From: Prochlorococcus sp. AG-355-B18
GTDB lineage: Bacteria; Cyanobacteriota; Cyanobacteriia; PCC-6307; Cyanobiaceae
NCBI GenBank assembly: GCA_003280965.1
Contig: QCDI01000001.1
Span: 160,001-224,000, forward strand
Direction: 5' to 3'
Length of the DNA stretch: 64,000 nt
Shown here: piece by piece, positions 51,387 through 60,386 of the stretch
How positions within the stretch are numbered: position 1 is the stretch's first letter
Layout of the letters: each line of letters begins with the position of its first letter
Made by a program: the position numbers and the translations under genes
The notes under the pieces: model-generated
Database searches by the model: none
What the model saw: the letters and a program-made list of their open reading frames with translations, nothing else
Told to the model about the DNA's origin: nothing

Positions 51387-52157
51387 TTAATTATTAGAGA
51401 TTTTGTTTGAGTTTAACAAGGAAATTGAAGGCCTTATATAAATAAAAATAGACCCATACATATCCTGCATAATTCTCATTTCTTCGTCTAAATATACTAT
51501 TGAAACCTGGCAATTTGGCGATTCTTTATTCCAGGGTAACTTATTCCATACCTCTTTAACTGGATACCATCTATCCATTAGTAATTCACTAAATAATGGA
51601 ATCTTATTAAGTCCATCAACTTTGGAAACTTTGGTCTTTTGTAAGTTCATTTCAAGTAAATTATTTCTTAAAACTAAATCACTCGCTAGGGTTATTACTC
51701 TTCCACCAAAAGTAGGTAATAGTTTGAACCAACCTAAGATAGGGATTGTTGTGAGCCCGAATATTGTAGTGTCAAAAGTAGATATAAATTCTTTTTTGTC
51801 AAAATCAATCTTTTGAGCAATTCTCCCAATAGTTGATATACCAAACGATCCTACTTGCAATTGATGTAATTTAAAAAAAAGATTACTTTTAAATTCATCA
51901 TTTAATGCCTTTTCAATAGCAAGGAAGAAAGGAGAACTTCGAAATAATTCAACATTAGAAAAAATCAATTCCCACTCTCCAGACAATGATTTTTCTGATA
52001 TTTCAAAACTAAAGTCTTTAAGAGCCTCAATCAATTCATCCATTTCATTAGCTTTTTCCTCATACATAGGAGAAATTAATTTATTTAATCTTTGCCCTCT
52101 ATCTGTAACAGCAGCTATTTTATATATATTTGACTTTATCTCTCCAATTTCTTTCAT
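51387..52157 (-). CDS. PAP/fibrillin family protein
   Basis: TDRG, LSGEWELIFS, YLDEEMRI...GSIFIY. Confidence 0.8.
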   Translation of the reverse strand: MKEIGEIKSNIYKIAAVTDRGQRLNKLISPMYEEKANEMDELIEALKDFSFEISEKSLSGEWELIFSNVELFRSSPFFLAIEKALNDEFKSNLFFKLHQLQVGSFGISTIGRIAQKIDFDKKEFISTFDTTIFGLTTIPILGWFKLLPTFGGRVITLASDLVLRNNLLEMNLQKTKVSKVDGLNKIPLFSELLMDRWYPVKEVWNKLPWNKESPNCQVSIVYLDEEMRIMQDMYGSIFIYIRPSISLLNSNKISNN

Positions 52158-52242
52158 AACTCCAATACAAGAAATACTAGTTAATCTTAGGAATTTAATT
52201 TGAAGTTGATGGCAATTTTAATAATGCTGGTAATAATATCAA

Positions 52243-52425
52243 TTAATATTCTCCCCACCTTTTACCAATATCAAAACCCCATTCAGTGGTTAATTTAATT
52301 ACTTCATCATGATTTTTACATTTTGAAAGGGATAACTTTTTACTAGGATTATTTTTTATTAGCTCAGCAATTTGATTAAGTTGCTCTATTTTTTTTAGAA
52401 AATTACTTAGATCTTTTTCTGACAT
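52243..52425 (-). CDS. Stand-alone Nif11-like domain protein
   Basis: MSEKDLSNFL...EVIKLTTEWGFDI, Nif11-type pattern. Confidence 0.65.
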   Translation of the reverse strand: MSEKDLSNFLKKIEQLNQIAELIKNNPSKKLSLSKCKNHDEVIKLTTEWGFDIGKRWGEY

Positions 52426-52429
52426 TTAT

Positions 52430-52537
52430 CTAAGAACTAAATTTTTGATCATAAGTAAATATGTAATAAAGAACCCATGCAACACCAATAATAAGAATTC
52501 CAATCATTATATTTACTGACCAAACTACTTCTATCAT
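52430..52537 (-). CDS. Small single-TM protein (35 aa)
   Basis: MIEVVWSVNIMIGILIIGVAWVLYYIFTYDQKFSS; ends 4 nt before the next start. Confidence 0.6.
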   Translation of the reverse strand: MIEVVWSVNIMIGILIIGVAWVLYYIFTYDQKFSS

Positions 52538-52663
52538 GTAATTTTTTTGTATATTTTTAATATATCCAAAATTTACAATAAATTAACCGTTAATAATTTA
52601 AATCTAGAACAATCCACTACTTTTGCTAAGTGTATAAAATAGTCTTAAATAGATTAAAAAATT

Positions 52664-52843
52664 ATGGGAGAAGCTAAGAGAAGGGAAGAGTTAGGCTTAC
52701 CACCTAGAGAAAAGAAAAAGGAAAAACAAACATCGAAAAATCAACTAAACAAAATTTTAAATAAATATCCTTATTTACCTTTCATTTTAGGTTTTTCATT
52801 ACTAGCAATATTAATTATCGACTTAGTTAATTACTACAAATAG
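52664..52843 (+). CDS. DUF2839-like protein (59 aa)
   Basis: MGEAKRREELGLPPR N-terminus plus C-terminal TM. Confidence 0.75.
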   Translation: MGEAKRREELGLPPREKKKEKQTSKNQLNKILNKYPYLPFILGFSLLAILIIDLVNYYK

Positions 52844-52928
52844 ATATATAAAAAAGGGATATTTTTTTCTCGAAAAAAGATTATCTTCGCAATTGCGAAA
52901 TTATTTTTCCATAATAAAAATAAAACTT

Positions 52929-53114
52929 ATGAAACCGATTAGAACCACATGTGCCTCAATTTTAGGAGCACTAACTTTGTTTTCAATATCTAATGCAAAT
53001 GCAGGTGGCTGCAGTACTCCTACTGAGAAGAAGGCAGAAATTGAATGCTTGTCTGAAGATAAAAAATGTATAGATACGAAAGAAAAAGAATCACTATACA
53101 AAGTTGAGGTCTAA
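52929..53114 (+). CDS. Small exported Cys-containing protein
   Basis: Signal peptide ending ANA, then GGC...ECLSEDKKC. Confidence 0.55.
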   Translation: MKPIRTTCASILGALTLFSISNANAGGCSTPTEKKAEIECLSEDKKCIDTKEKESLYKVEV

Positions 53115-53417
53115 ATGTTTGATAATCTTGGAACTGCTCTAGTACAGGCATTAGGCTTTTTTGCCGTTTTTGGTTTTTTTGTGTATCAAACTTTATTTGC
53201 AGATAGTAAACCCAAAAATTCAAAATCAAATCCTAAAAAAACAAAGATTTCCGACACAAAAGAATCAATCAAAAAAGAACCCAAAAAAGGCTTATTTAAA
53301 AGAAAATCTAAACCTGTTGAAGAGAATTTACCAGTCCAAAAAAAGGGATTATTTGGGAGAAAGAAAGAAGTTATTAAAGAAGAGATTAAGCCAAAGAAAA
53401 AAGGTTGGTTTAAATAG
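53115..53417 (+). CDS. Membrane-anchored Lys-rich protein
   Basis: N-terminal TM; KKGLF twice and terminal KKGWF. Confidence 0.65.
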   Translation: MFDNLGTALVQALGFFAVFGFFVYQTLFADSKPKNSKSNPKKTKISDTKESIKKEPKKGLFKRKSKPVEENLPVQKKGLFGRKKEVIKEEIKPKKKGWFK

Positions 53418-53503
53418 GTAAAGATACTTAAACTCTATTTTGATATCTTTTATACAAAAAATTTTTTTAGTAACTTTATAATTTATAGAAGTTAATATTA
53501 AAA

Positions 53504-53638
53504 ATGAACCATAGAGAAATCACAAAAAAATATAGTGAGTTACTTAACAAAGCTGAGTTTGCTACTGGCCGTAAGGAAGTTGTAGGTCTTTTAAAAAAAG
53601 CTGCAAAATTGAAATCTCAGATTGAAATCAATTATTAA
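53504..53638 (+). CDS. Small hypothetical protein (44 aa)
   Basis: MNHREITKKYSELLNKAEFATGRKEVVGLLKKAAKLKSQIEINY. Confidence 0.6.
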   Translation: MNHREITKKYSELLNKAEFATGRKEVVGLLKKAAKLKSQIEINY

Positions 53639-53723
53639 ATTTACAAATTAGTTTAATTCTAAATGTAAAAAGTTTTTTTAAATAAGTTTTTACATGAGAT
53701 AATCTGCATAGATTATTTTCCTT

Positions 53724-53903
53724 ATGAATAAAAAAGGTTATACAACCGAAAGTGGTGGTAGACAGAATGGTTTCGCAATAGAACCAGAAATTAACCCCAT
53801 ATCAGAGGGCGAATCAAAGAAATCCCTATTTCTATTTATTGGAATATTATTACCTTTTCTAATAGGCGGTTTTTATTATTTAAGGACTCTAAATATATTC
53901 TGA
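53724..53903 (+). CDS. Psb34/Ssl1498-like single-TM protein (59 aa)
   Basis: YTTESGGRQNGFAIEP motif followed by a TM helix. Confidence 0.7.
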   Translation: MNKKGYTTESGGRQNGFAIEPEINPISEGESKKSLFLFIGILLPFLIGGFYYLRTLNIF

Positions 53904-53907
53904 TATT

Positions 53908-54087
53908 CTATAAGCCATTTTTAGCAATATATTCTTCTGAACTAACTATATCTTGCATTAAGCTCTCTGATGAAGGATTAAATCCATTTTGCTCTAAAAA
54001 AGATTTAACCTTTTCAAATTTTTGCTGAATTTTTTTTGTATATGGAGTTGTCATCAAATAATCATCTTTTTCTGTTGAATAGTTCAT
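53908..54087 (-). CDS. Small hypothetical protein (59 aa)
   Basis: MNYSTEKDDYLMTTPYTKKIQQKFEKVKSFLEQNGF..., manual translation. Confidence 0.5.
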   Translation of the reverse strand: MNYSTEKDDYLMTTPYTKKIQQKFEKVKSFLEQNGFNPSSESLMQDIVSSEEYIAKNGL

Positions 54088-54222
54088 TTGATTAACGGAT
54101 TACTTTTACATTTAAATTCTGCAAAATATACAATTGCTAGTGAAGTTATAAATATTACATAAATAATTTAATAGTAATAAATACTTATAAGTTGTTTATG
54201 TGAGATCGCTATTGGTTGATAT

Positions 54223-54510
54223 TTAAAGCGTACTTATAGTAACTAGTTCCATTAAATCTCTAGATTGCAGATATTTTTGAAATACTTCAGAATAAAATGC
54301 TTTTTTAGCAGCAAATTTTGATTCGAATTCTATTACTAATCCAAGCTGCCCTCCGTCCCATTCATTTGAGGTTGATTCTTGTATCAAATCTCTTTTTACT
54401 ATTACTCCTCCCACAGATTTAATCCAAGGCAATACTGTCCTTATATATTCCAGAAATAAATCAGCATTTGGAATTGAAATTTTCTTTAGCCAATAGCTCT
54501 TTGTCATCAA
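54223..54510 (-). CDS. DUF1330 family protein
   Basis: GG...VIEFES...AFYSEVFQ pattern. Confidence 0.8.
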   Translation of the reverse strand: MMTKSYWLKKISIPNADLFLEYIRTVLPWIKSVGGVIVKRDLIQESTSNEWDGGQLGLVIEFESKFAAKKAFYSEVFQKYLQSRDLMELVTISTL

Positions 54511-54585
54511 ATCAACATATTCCGAGTAGAATATAGCACATTGAGGTAAGTATTTATCCTTAGCTATATACTCAGCGGTTATTTA

Positions 54586-55127
54586 ATGGAATCCGAAGAT
54601 GATTTATTAAATTTAATTCTTAAATCTCCAAATTCAGAGTGTATAAAGACTATTGCCGAACAACTTGAAATTGATCATAGTTTTTCTTTTAGCAAAGATA
54701 AAAATGATTTACAGGGTGTTTGGGAGCTTAGGTGGAGTAGTTCTAACAGTCCTTTTAAATTATTCTCCTTTTATTGATAACCTTCAAATTCTTGATCCCT
54801 TTAATTTAAATGGTCTTAATTTACTTAAACCTAAAGGAATAAAATCAATTATTGGTACTGGTATTTTAATAAGACTTTATTACATAAATGAAAAAAAAAT
54901 TGGGGTCAAATTTACACATGCTGGTGTTATAGGTCCTAAATTTGGAAAAAAAAAATATAAAGGCTATGAAAGAAATAAATAATGAACAATTAGGGTGGTT
55001 AGAGATAACTTATTTAAGTAATAAGCTTAGAATCTGCAGAGGTGATAAAGGAACTTTATTAGTTTTAAGAAAAATAAATTCACCGACTTTATTTAAGAAT
55101 TTTAAGGAATTTATTAAAATCTATTAA
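54586..55127 (+). pseudogene. PAP/fibrillin family gene split by two frameshifts
   Basis: Three overlapping ORFs join into one fibrillin (LQGVWELRWSS ... WLEITYLSNKLRICRGDKG); shifts at a T4 run (~54753) and an A10 run (~54946-54955). Confidence 0.75.
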
Positions 55128-55136
55128 AAATATAAA

Positions 55137-55430
55137 TTAATTCTTTATCCAAATAGTCTTTAATACGAAATAAATTGGAAAATATTTAAAAGATTCTTTA
55201 GGTATTTCATAACTTAAGAATTTTAGTGCTTCTTCTAACCAGTAACCAATATCAAATCCTAAAAGAAATTTTTCTACAACAAACCAAAATTCTTTATCAA
55301 ATATAATTCTGAAGTTTAAATAAATATATTCCCAATGAAAGGTATTCCAATATTGGGTTAAAAATGAGGATAAAATAAGCCAAAGCGATATAAATAAAAA
55401 ACTTTTAAGAAATTTATAAAATTTTTTCAT
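55137..55430 (-). CDS. Hypothetical aromatic-rich membrane protein
   Basis: 97-aa ORF. Confidence 0.55.
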   Translation of the reverse strand: MKKFYKFLKSFLFISLWLILSSFLTQYWNTFHWEYIYLNFRIIFDKEFWFVVEKFLLGFDIGYWLEEALKFLSYEIPKESFKYFPIYFVLKTIWIKN

Positions 55431-55561
55431 ATATCAGCAGCTGTATTATTGAATTTCTAATATCACTTATTATTATTTGGATCAAATTTTATTTCCATGA
55501 AATATATCCAAAAAGATATAAAAATATTGAGAAAATAGTAAATTTTCGTGTCATTAACAAT

Positions 55562-55687
55562 CTATCCTTTTTTATTTATATTCTGTGCCTTTAGATTTTT
55601 ATTCTTAAGAAAAAATCCTAAAAACAGAAAAGCAAAATATATCAGTAAACTTATACCAAAAATTAAAACTATCTTTGAAATATCCAT
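55562..55687 (-). CDS. Small single-TM protein (41 aa)
   Basis: MDISKIVLIFGISLLIYFAFLFLGFFLKNKNLKAQNINKKG. Confidence 0.45.
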   Translation of the reverse strand: MDISKIVLIFGISLLIYFAFLFLGFFLKNKNLKAQNINKKG

Positions 55688-55807
55688 AAATAATTCTTTT
55701 AATATAAATTAAAGCATTTTTTGCAAAGTTTTATCTATGGGTAATGATTTTTCATTTATCACGATAACGAGCTTCAATTATTAAGCTAATAATATTATTT
55801 AAATCAT

Positions 55808-56212
55808 ATGGAAGTAACTTTTGCCTGGAGCCTTTGTATATCGGTTGGGGTTGTTTTATTATCAATTATTCCATTAACTATAGGGAGAATTAAAGCCGGA
55901 TATTCTGTTGAAAACATGTCAGCCCCAAGGGCTTTATTTGAGGAACTCCCTGATTTTGGTAAAAGAGCAGTTTGGTGTCATCAAAATTGTTGGGAAAGTA
56001 TCTCTTTACATGCGCCAGCATGTCTTTTTTGTTTGATTACTTTAACCGATTCAAATATTGCAATTATTGCAGCATGGGTTCATCCTATTTTCCGTTTTTT
56101 ATATATTGGTGCCTATGTTTTTAATATTCCAACAGCAAGAGGTTTAATGTGGGCTTCAGGTATCCTTACAACATTATTGTTATATAAAGAGGCCCTAACC
56201 CAATTGATATAA
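55808..56212 (+). CDS. MAPEG family membrane protein
   Basis: APR...RAVWCHQNCWES...RFLYIGAY...ARGLMW. Confidence 0.85.
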   Translation: MEVTFAWSLCISVGVVLLSIIPLTIGRIKAGYSVENMSAPRALFEELPDFGKRAVWCHQNCWESISLHAPACLFCLITLTDSNIAIIAAWVHPIFRFLYIGAYVFNIPTARGLMWASGILTTLLLYKEALTQLI

Positions 56213-56217
56213 ATTAT

Positions 56218-57084
56218 TTAAACAATAAACTTTTCTAAATCTTTTAACTGATATTCATTGATTAGTTCCACTTTATTTGATTTTGCAAGTTGTTGGGCAG
56301 ACTTTGTAAAGCCAGATTTTGAAACTAATATTGCATGAGTACCTTTCCAAAATAATTTACCTGCTGAAATTTCTTGAACAGCTTTATTTCCAATAGCTTT
56401 TTCATGATCTTTGCATTGTATGCATATTCTCAAACCATCTATTGATGCAATTAAGTCAACACCTTGATCCCCAGTACTAGGTGTTTCTTTTACTTCCCAG
56501 CCATTTTGTTTAAGAATTTCCATACAATGATTTTCAAATTTGATGCCTTTTTTATAGCTTTGATTATTTTTTTTTGGGTTATTATCTTCTAGGTTTAAAC
56601 ATGATTTCTCTATTTGACTTGCTATAAATACATACCAATCTTCAGTTTCGAGTTTTCTAATTGATCCAATTATCTCATCATTAATAGTAGGATTTTGATA
56701 ACAATACGATCTCCACTTTTCGAAAAATAATTCCATAGTTCCAAATTTTTTTAAAATTACTTTTTCCCAAAAATATGGTATTCCCTCTTTAAATCGCTTG
56801 GATCCATTTAATATATTTTTCTCGATGGCTTTTACATCAAGAGGTGGATTCCCAATCCATTTTTTGTAATCCTCGTTACCATAAGCATCTATTTCCCTTA
56901 ATCTGATCCTTTCTTCTAACAAATTGTATTTGTTTTCTTCTATTAAATAATTAATTGTTTGAATAAATAAATTTGAATTTAGGGCATTAATTAATTTAAA
57001 CCTTTTCCTTTTAATTTGATAATCTCTAACAATTATAAAAATTAAAAAAATAAAAAAAATTATTAAAATAAAAAAAATTGTCAT
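56218..57084 (-). CDS. Membrane-anchored Mrr-like restriction endonuclease domain protein
   Basis: N-terminal TM; FE...GDQGVDLIA...IQCK...AVQE...FTKSA Mrr_cat pattern. Confidence 0.82.
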   Translation of the reverse strand: MTIFFILIIFFIFLIFIIVRDYQIKRKRFKLINALNSNLFIQTINYLIEENKYNLLEERIRLREIDAYGNEDYKKWIGNPPLDVKAIEKNILNGSKRFKEGIPYFWEKVILKKFGTMELFFEKWRSYCYQNPTINDEIIGSIRKLETEDWYVFIASQIEKSCLNLEDNNPKKNNQSYKKGIKFENHCMEILKQNGWEVKETPSTGDQGVDLIASIDGLRICIQCKDHEKAIGNKAVQEISAGKLFWKGTHAILVSKSGFTKSAQQLAKSNKVELINEYQLKDLEKFIV

Positions 57085-57104
57085 TAAAGATTTTTATTTC
57101 CGAT

Positions 57105-57356
57105 CTAAAAAGTTTTTGTTTTTCTAATAACAAAATTATTTTTTGTTATTACTGAAGATTCATTTACTTCAAACCCATTAATTGCTGATATTTCTCCTTT
57201 TATTCCTTCTAGCGTTAATTGCTCGATAATACCTTTTATCACTTCATCTTCGACCAATTTCCTATCAATCCTTTCAGGTGTAATATCTGTAAGCCATTTT
57301 GAGGTCTTTTTTTTCACAACCTCTGTAGGGTTTGTTATTTTTAGATAGATAGCCAT
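57105..57356 (-). CDS. Hypothetical protein
   Basis: 83-aa ORF. Confidence 0.65.
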   Translation of the reverse strand: MAIYLKITNPTEVVKKKTSKWLTDITPERIDRKLVEDEVIKGIIEQLTLEGIKGEISAINGFEVNESSVITKNNFVIRKTKTF

Positions 57357-57396
57357 TTTTTTAGTCTTTCAGTTGAATTATAAGCATTAATTCTTT

Positions 57397-57621
57397 CTAG
57401 CTTTTATTATTGTCATTACTTTCCCACTCAAGAAATTGAAAGACAAATATTGCAAAGATAGAGAAAAATATTATAAACAATCCTAACCATCCTATGAATT
57501 TGTGCTCTGTAAAAAGATTTGTAAGCATAGATTTTTCTTGATATCTTGATTCCATTTCATATTGGTAAGAGTCAATAACTTGAAATATATTCATAATTAA
57601 TAAATTTAATAAATTGCTCAA
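57397..57621 (-). CDS. Hypothetical protein with C-terminal TM
   Basis: 74-aa ORF. Confidence 0.6.
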   Translation of the reverse strand: MSNLLNLLIMNIFQVIDSYQYEMESRYQEKSMLTNLFTEHKFIGWLGLFIIFFSIFAIFVFQFLEWESNDNNKS

Positions 57622-57637
57622 TTAACTGATAATAATT

Positions 57638-58057
57638 TCAACCGTTTAATTTAATAAAGGCTTCTGATAGGAAATCTGGTCGTTTTCTTATTATAGAAAA
57701 ATTCAGTTTATTTATTAAGACTAAATTGACTTCAGCAATAGTTAAGATTTCATTTTTCTTGTTAAGAAACTTTGAAATTACATTAATTCTGGGACTTTTT
57801 TCAATATTAAATTCACTTTCGATTGTTATTTTCTCACCAAGAAATAAAGGAGATTTATATGTTATTGAAGTATTGATTAAAGGTAAATCTAAGCCTTTTT
57901 TAGTAAGTTCAAAATAGCTAATACCTACTTCTAAAAGTGCATTTATGCGGCTTTCTTCAAGCCAATTAAAATATGTACCGTGCCACATTACTCCTGCATG
58001 GTCTGCATGTTGAGGTAAAACAATTTTTTCTAATTTCCAAACTGGTTTTGAATTCAT
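57638..58057 (-). CDS. Acyl-CoA thioesterase (YbgC/4HBT hotdog fold)
   Basis: DHAGVMWHGTYFNWLEESR. Confidence 0.88.
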   Translation of the reverse strand: MNSKPVWKLEKIVLPQHADHAGVMWHGTYFNWLEESRINALLEVGISYFELTKKGLDLPLINTSITYKSPLFLGEKITIESEFNIEKSPRINVISKFLNKKNEILTIAEVNLVLINKLNFSIIRKRPDFLSEAFIKLNG

Positions 58058-58163
58058 TTTTTAGTTAAAAAATATTTTTATTCAATGAAAAAAGCTTATT
58101 TTAATATTGGAGATCAATATTCTTTCTTAATATAAGAATCACCAAAACTATATTAATAAATTT

Positions 58164-58400
58164 ATGTTTAATCGTAATAATAGGGGAAGAAAAATGAAGA
58201 AGATTTTTCAATGGGAAGATTATTTAAATTGGAAAAATATGTCAAAAGAACAGAAATTAAATTTTAAGAGGGCGTGTTTATTCCCTTTTCTTGTGTATAT
58301 AGTTTATATTTTTCTTAATCAGTACTCTTTAGCAATTCTTTTATTATTAGGTCTTTATTTTTTAATTAGATTTAAAAATAGAAATAAGTTAGGAAGATAA
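58164..58400 (+). CDS. Hypothetical membrane protein
   Basis: 78-aa ORF with two TM segments. Confidence 0.5.
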   Translation: MFNRNNRGRKMKKIFQWEDYLNWKNMSKEQKLNFKRACLFPFLVYIVYIFLNQYSLAILLLLGLYFLIRFKNRNKLGR

Positions 58401-58500
58401 ATATTTTTTACTTTTATTTATTTAGATTTGTTTTAAAATTTTCAGAATTTTCCAAATAACTTTATTGGCATAAGAAGATAGCATTAGATAAAATTTTTTT

Positions 58501-58740
58501 ATGAAAAGAATTATTTTGTTTTTATGTGTATTAGTTTTTTCAATATTTTCTAATACAAATAATTTATTAGCAAAAGAAATTGGAAATAACATTAAAGATG
58601 ATATTTCTAATGAAATTGAAGAAATTAAGTCTGATAATAATAAAAAAACCAATATTTCTAATTCTTCTGCAGAAGATATATTTGGTGATGAACAAACATT
58701 TCCGTTCGTTGCAGGTTTAGGGAAAAATGCAGCCCATTGA
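58501..58740 (+). CDS. Hypothetical exported protein
   Basis: Signal peptide; C-terminal DIFGDEQTFPFVAG. Confidence 0.6.
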   Translation: MKRIILFLCVLVFSIFSNTNNLLAKEIGNNIKDDISNEIEEIKSDNNKKTNISNSSAEDIFGDEQTFPFVAGLGKNAAH

Positions 58741-58784
58741 TCTTAAAGTTTTTGATCATGTAGAAAAAGATTTTTTTCATATTA

Positions 58785-58949
58785 ATGAAAGGTCTTAGAA
58801 TCCTAGAGCTTTCTGAAGCACTTAATGTTGATAGCGCTGATTTATTGGCTGTTTCTGCAATTCTAAAAATAAAAGCTACTTCAAGATTAAGCATGCTTTC
58901 ATTTGAAGAATGTAAAAAGATTACTGATTATTATGAAAATAAAAAATAA
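58785..58949 (+). CDS. Stand-alone IF-2 N-terminal-like domain protein (54 aa)
   Basis: LRILELSEALNVDSADLL...SRLSMLS resembles IF2_N. Confidence 0.65.
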   Translation: MKGLRILELSEALNVDSADLLAVSAILKIKATSRLSMLSFEECKKITDYYENKK

Positions 58950-58970
58950 ATTTCTTCTGATAAAAAAAAT

Positions 58971-59228
58971 TTATTCTTTAATTTCTCTAATCATTGATAC
59001 TAAAGTTGAATGAATTTCTTCTTCAGATATTTCATTCTTAAAATTGATAAATGCTGATTGGCCATCGTAATTGATTTTTATATAACTGTTATTTATTTCT
59101 TCCATATAAGCATTTTCAAAGCTTGATATATTCCCATAATGAATAAGATATTTGTGAACTGAATCCATATGATCTTTGTTCATATGATCACATACCCTTT
59201 TACTTGTTTCTTTACTAATTATTTTCAT
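58971..59228 (-). CDS. DUF2470 family protein
   Basis: RVCDHMNKDH motif. Confidence 0.8.
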   Translation of the reverse strand: MKIISKETSKRVCDHMNKDHMDSVHKYLIHYGNISSFENAYMEEINNSYIKINYDGQSAFINFKNEISEEEIHSTLVSMIREIKE

Positions 59229-59246
59229 TTGAAGAATAAATTTGCT

Positions 59247-60254
59247 CTAAGCTAATGTATTTTTTTCATTATTCAAAGTTTTAATCATTTTATTTAGTAA
59301 ATTTTTAACTTCATTTTTATCAACAGCTCTAACCAAATTATTTCGCAAATTTGATGCACCTTTAAAATCTTTGCATGTCCATGAAATATGCTTCCTGGCA
59401 ATTAGCAAGCCGTGATCTCCTTTTTCTTTTATTAATTCATCAAGGTGCTCAATAATTAAATGTAGTTTTTCTTCCGCGTTTGGCTCTTTAAAATTTTTAT
59501 TTTCTCTAATTGCATAATCTATTTCTCCTATCTTCCATGGGGAACCCAGAATCCCTCGTCCAATCATCACACCATCAGCATTTGTTTTTTTTAAGCAATT
59601 AAGAGCGTCATCTGGATTTTTGATATCTCCATTAGCAATTACTGGAATTTCCAATAATTTTTTAAGTCTACCAATCATTTCCCAATCTGACTTACCCGAA
59701 AATCCTTGTTTTCTTGTTCTTCCATGAAGGGTAATCATTGTTGCTCCCGCGTCTTGAAGCTTAAACAAAAAGTCCTCTATATTTTCTTCTTTACTATCCC
59801 ATCCCAGTCGTGTTTTTACTGTAACTGGAACTTTAACAGCTTTTACGACATTTTTGACTAATTCTATGGCAAGTTTTCTGTCTTTAATCAAGGCACTGCC
59901 TCCACCTTTCTTTGCAATTTTTTTTACTGGACATCCCATATTTATATCAATTAAAAAAGCTCCAGAGTCCTCAGCTTGTTTGGCAGCTTCAGAAACAGCA
60001 TGTGGTCTATTATCAAATATTTGTACTCCAACTGGACCTTCTTCTAAATTTATTTGATTGATTTTTTGTGCACCAAATCCTTTTTTAAGACTTGTTGCAT
60101 TTATCATTTCTGTAAAAAGTAAAGAGTTTGGAGCCCATTTACGAACAAGCCGCCTAAAAATGTTATCTGTAACTCCTGCTAAGGGCGATAGCATTACTTT
60201 ACTCATAATTATCCTGTTAACCCCCCTTCCTTTTAGGATTATATTTGGAGACAT
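59247..60254 (-). CDS. dusB: tRNA-dihydrouridine synthase B
   Basis: SPLAGVTD, INMGCP, LHGRTR, ANGDI, MIGRG. Confidence 0.92.
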   Translation of the reverse strand: MSPNIILKGRGVNRIIMSKVMLSPLAGVTDNIFRRLVRKWAPNSLLFTEMINATSLKKGFGAQKINQINLEEGPVGVQIFDNRPHAVSEAAKQAEDSGAFLIDINMGCPVKKIAKKGGGSALIKDRKLAIELVKNVVKAVKVPVTVKTRLGWDSKEENIEDFLFKLQDAGATMITLHGRTRKQGFSGKSDWEMIGRLKKLLEIPVIANGDIKNPDDALNCLKKTNADGVMIGRGILGSPWKIGEIDYAIRENKNFKEPNAEEKLHLIIEHLDELIKEKGDHGLLIARKHISWTCKDFKGASNLRNNLVRAVDKNEVKNLLNKMIKTLNNEKNTLA

Positions 60255-60386
60255 ATAATTTAAAAAATTTATTTAATCTTAATTTATTATAAATTTCGAT
60301 ATAGGGTTAATTTTATATTTTCTATTTTATTTATTTGAATTCATAATAAGTGCTTTTACTTAAATTCGCCTAAATTATTTCTTTTT

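Noticed and set aside
53161..53421. 86-aa alternative-frame ORF overlapping 53115-53417
   Set aside because: Out-of-frame product of an A-rich, Lys-coding sequence
58422..58894. Minus-strand ORFs of 76 and 78 aa
   Set aside because: Antisense to the better-supported plus-strand ORFs at 58501 and 58785
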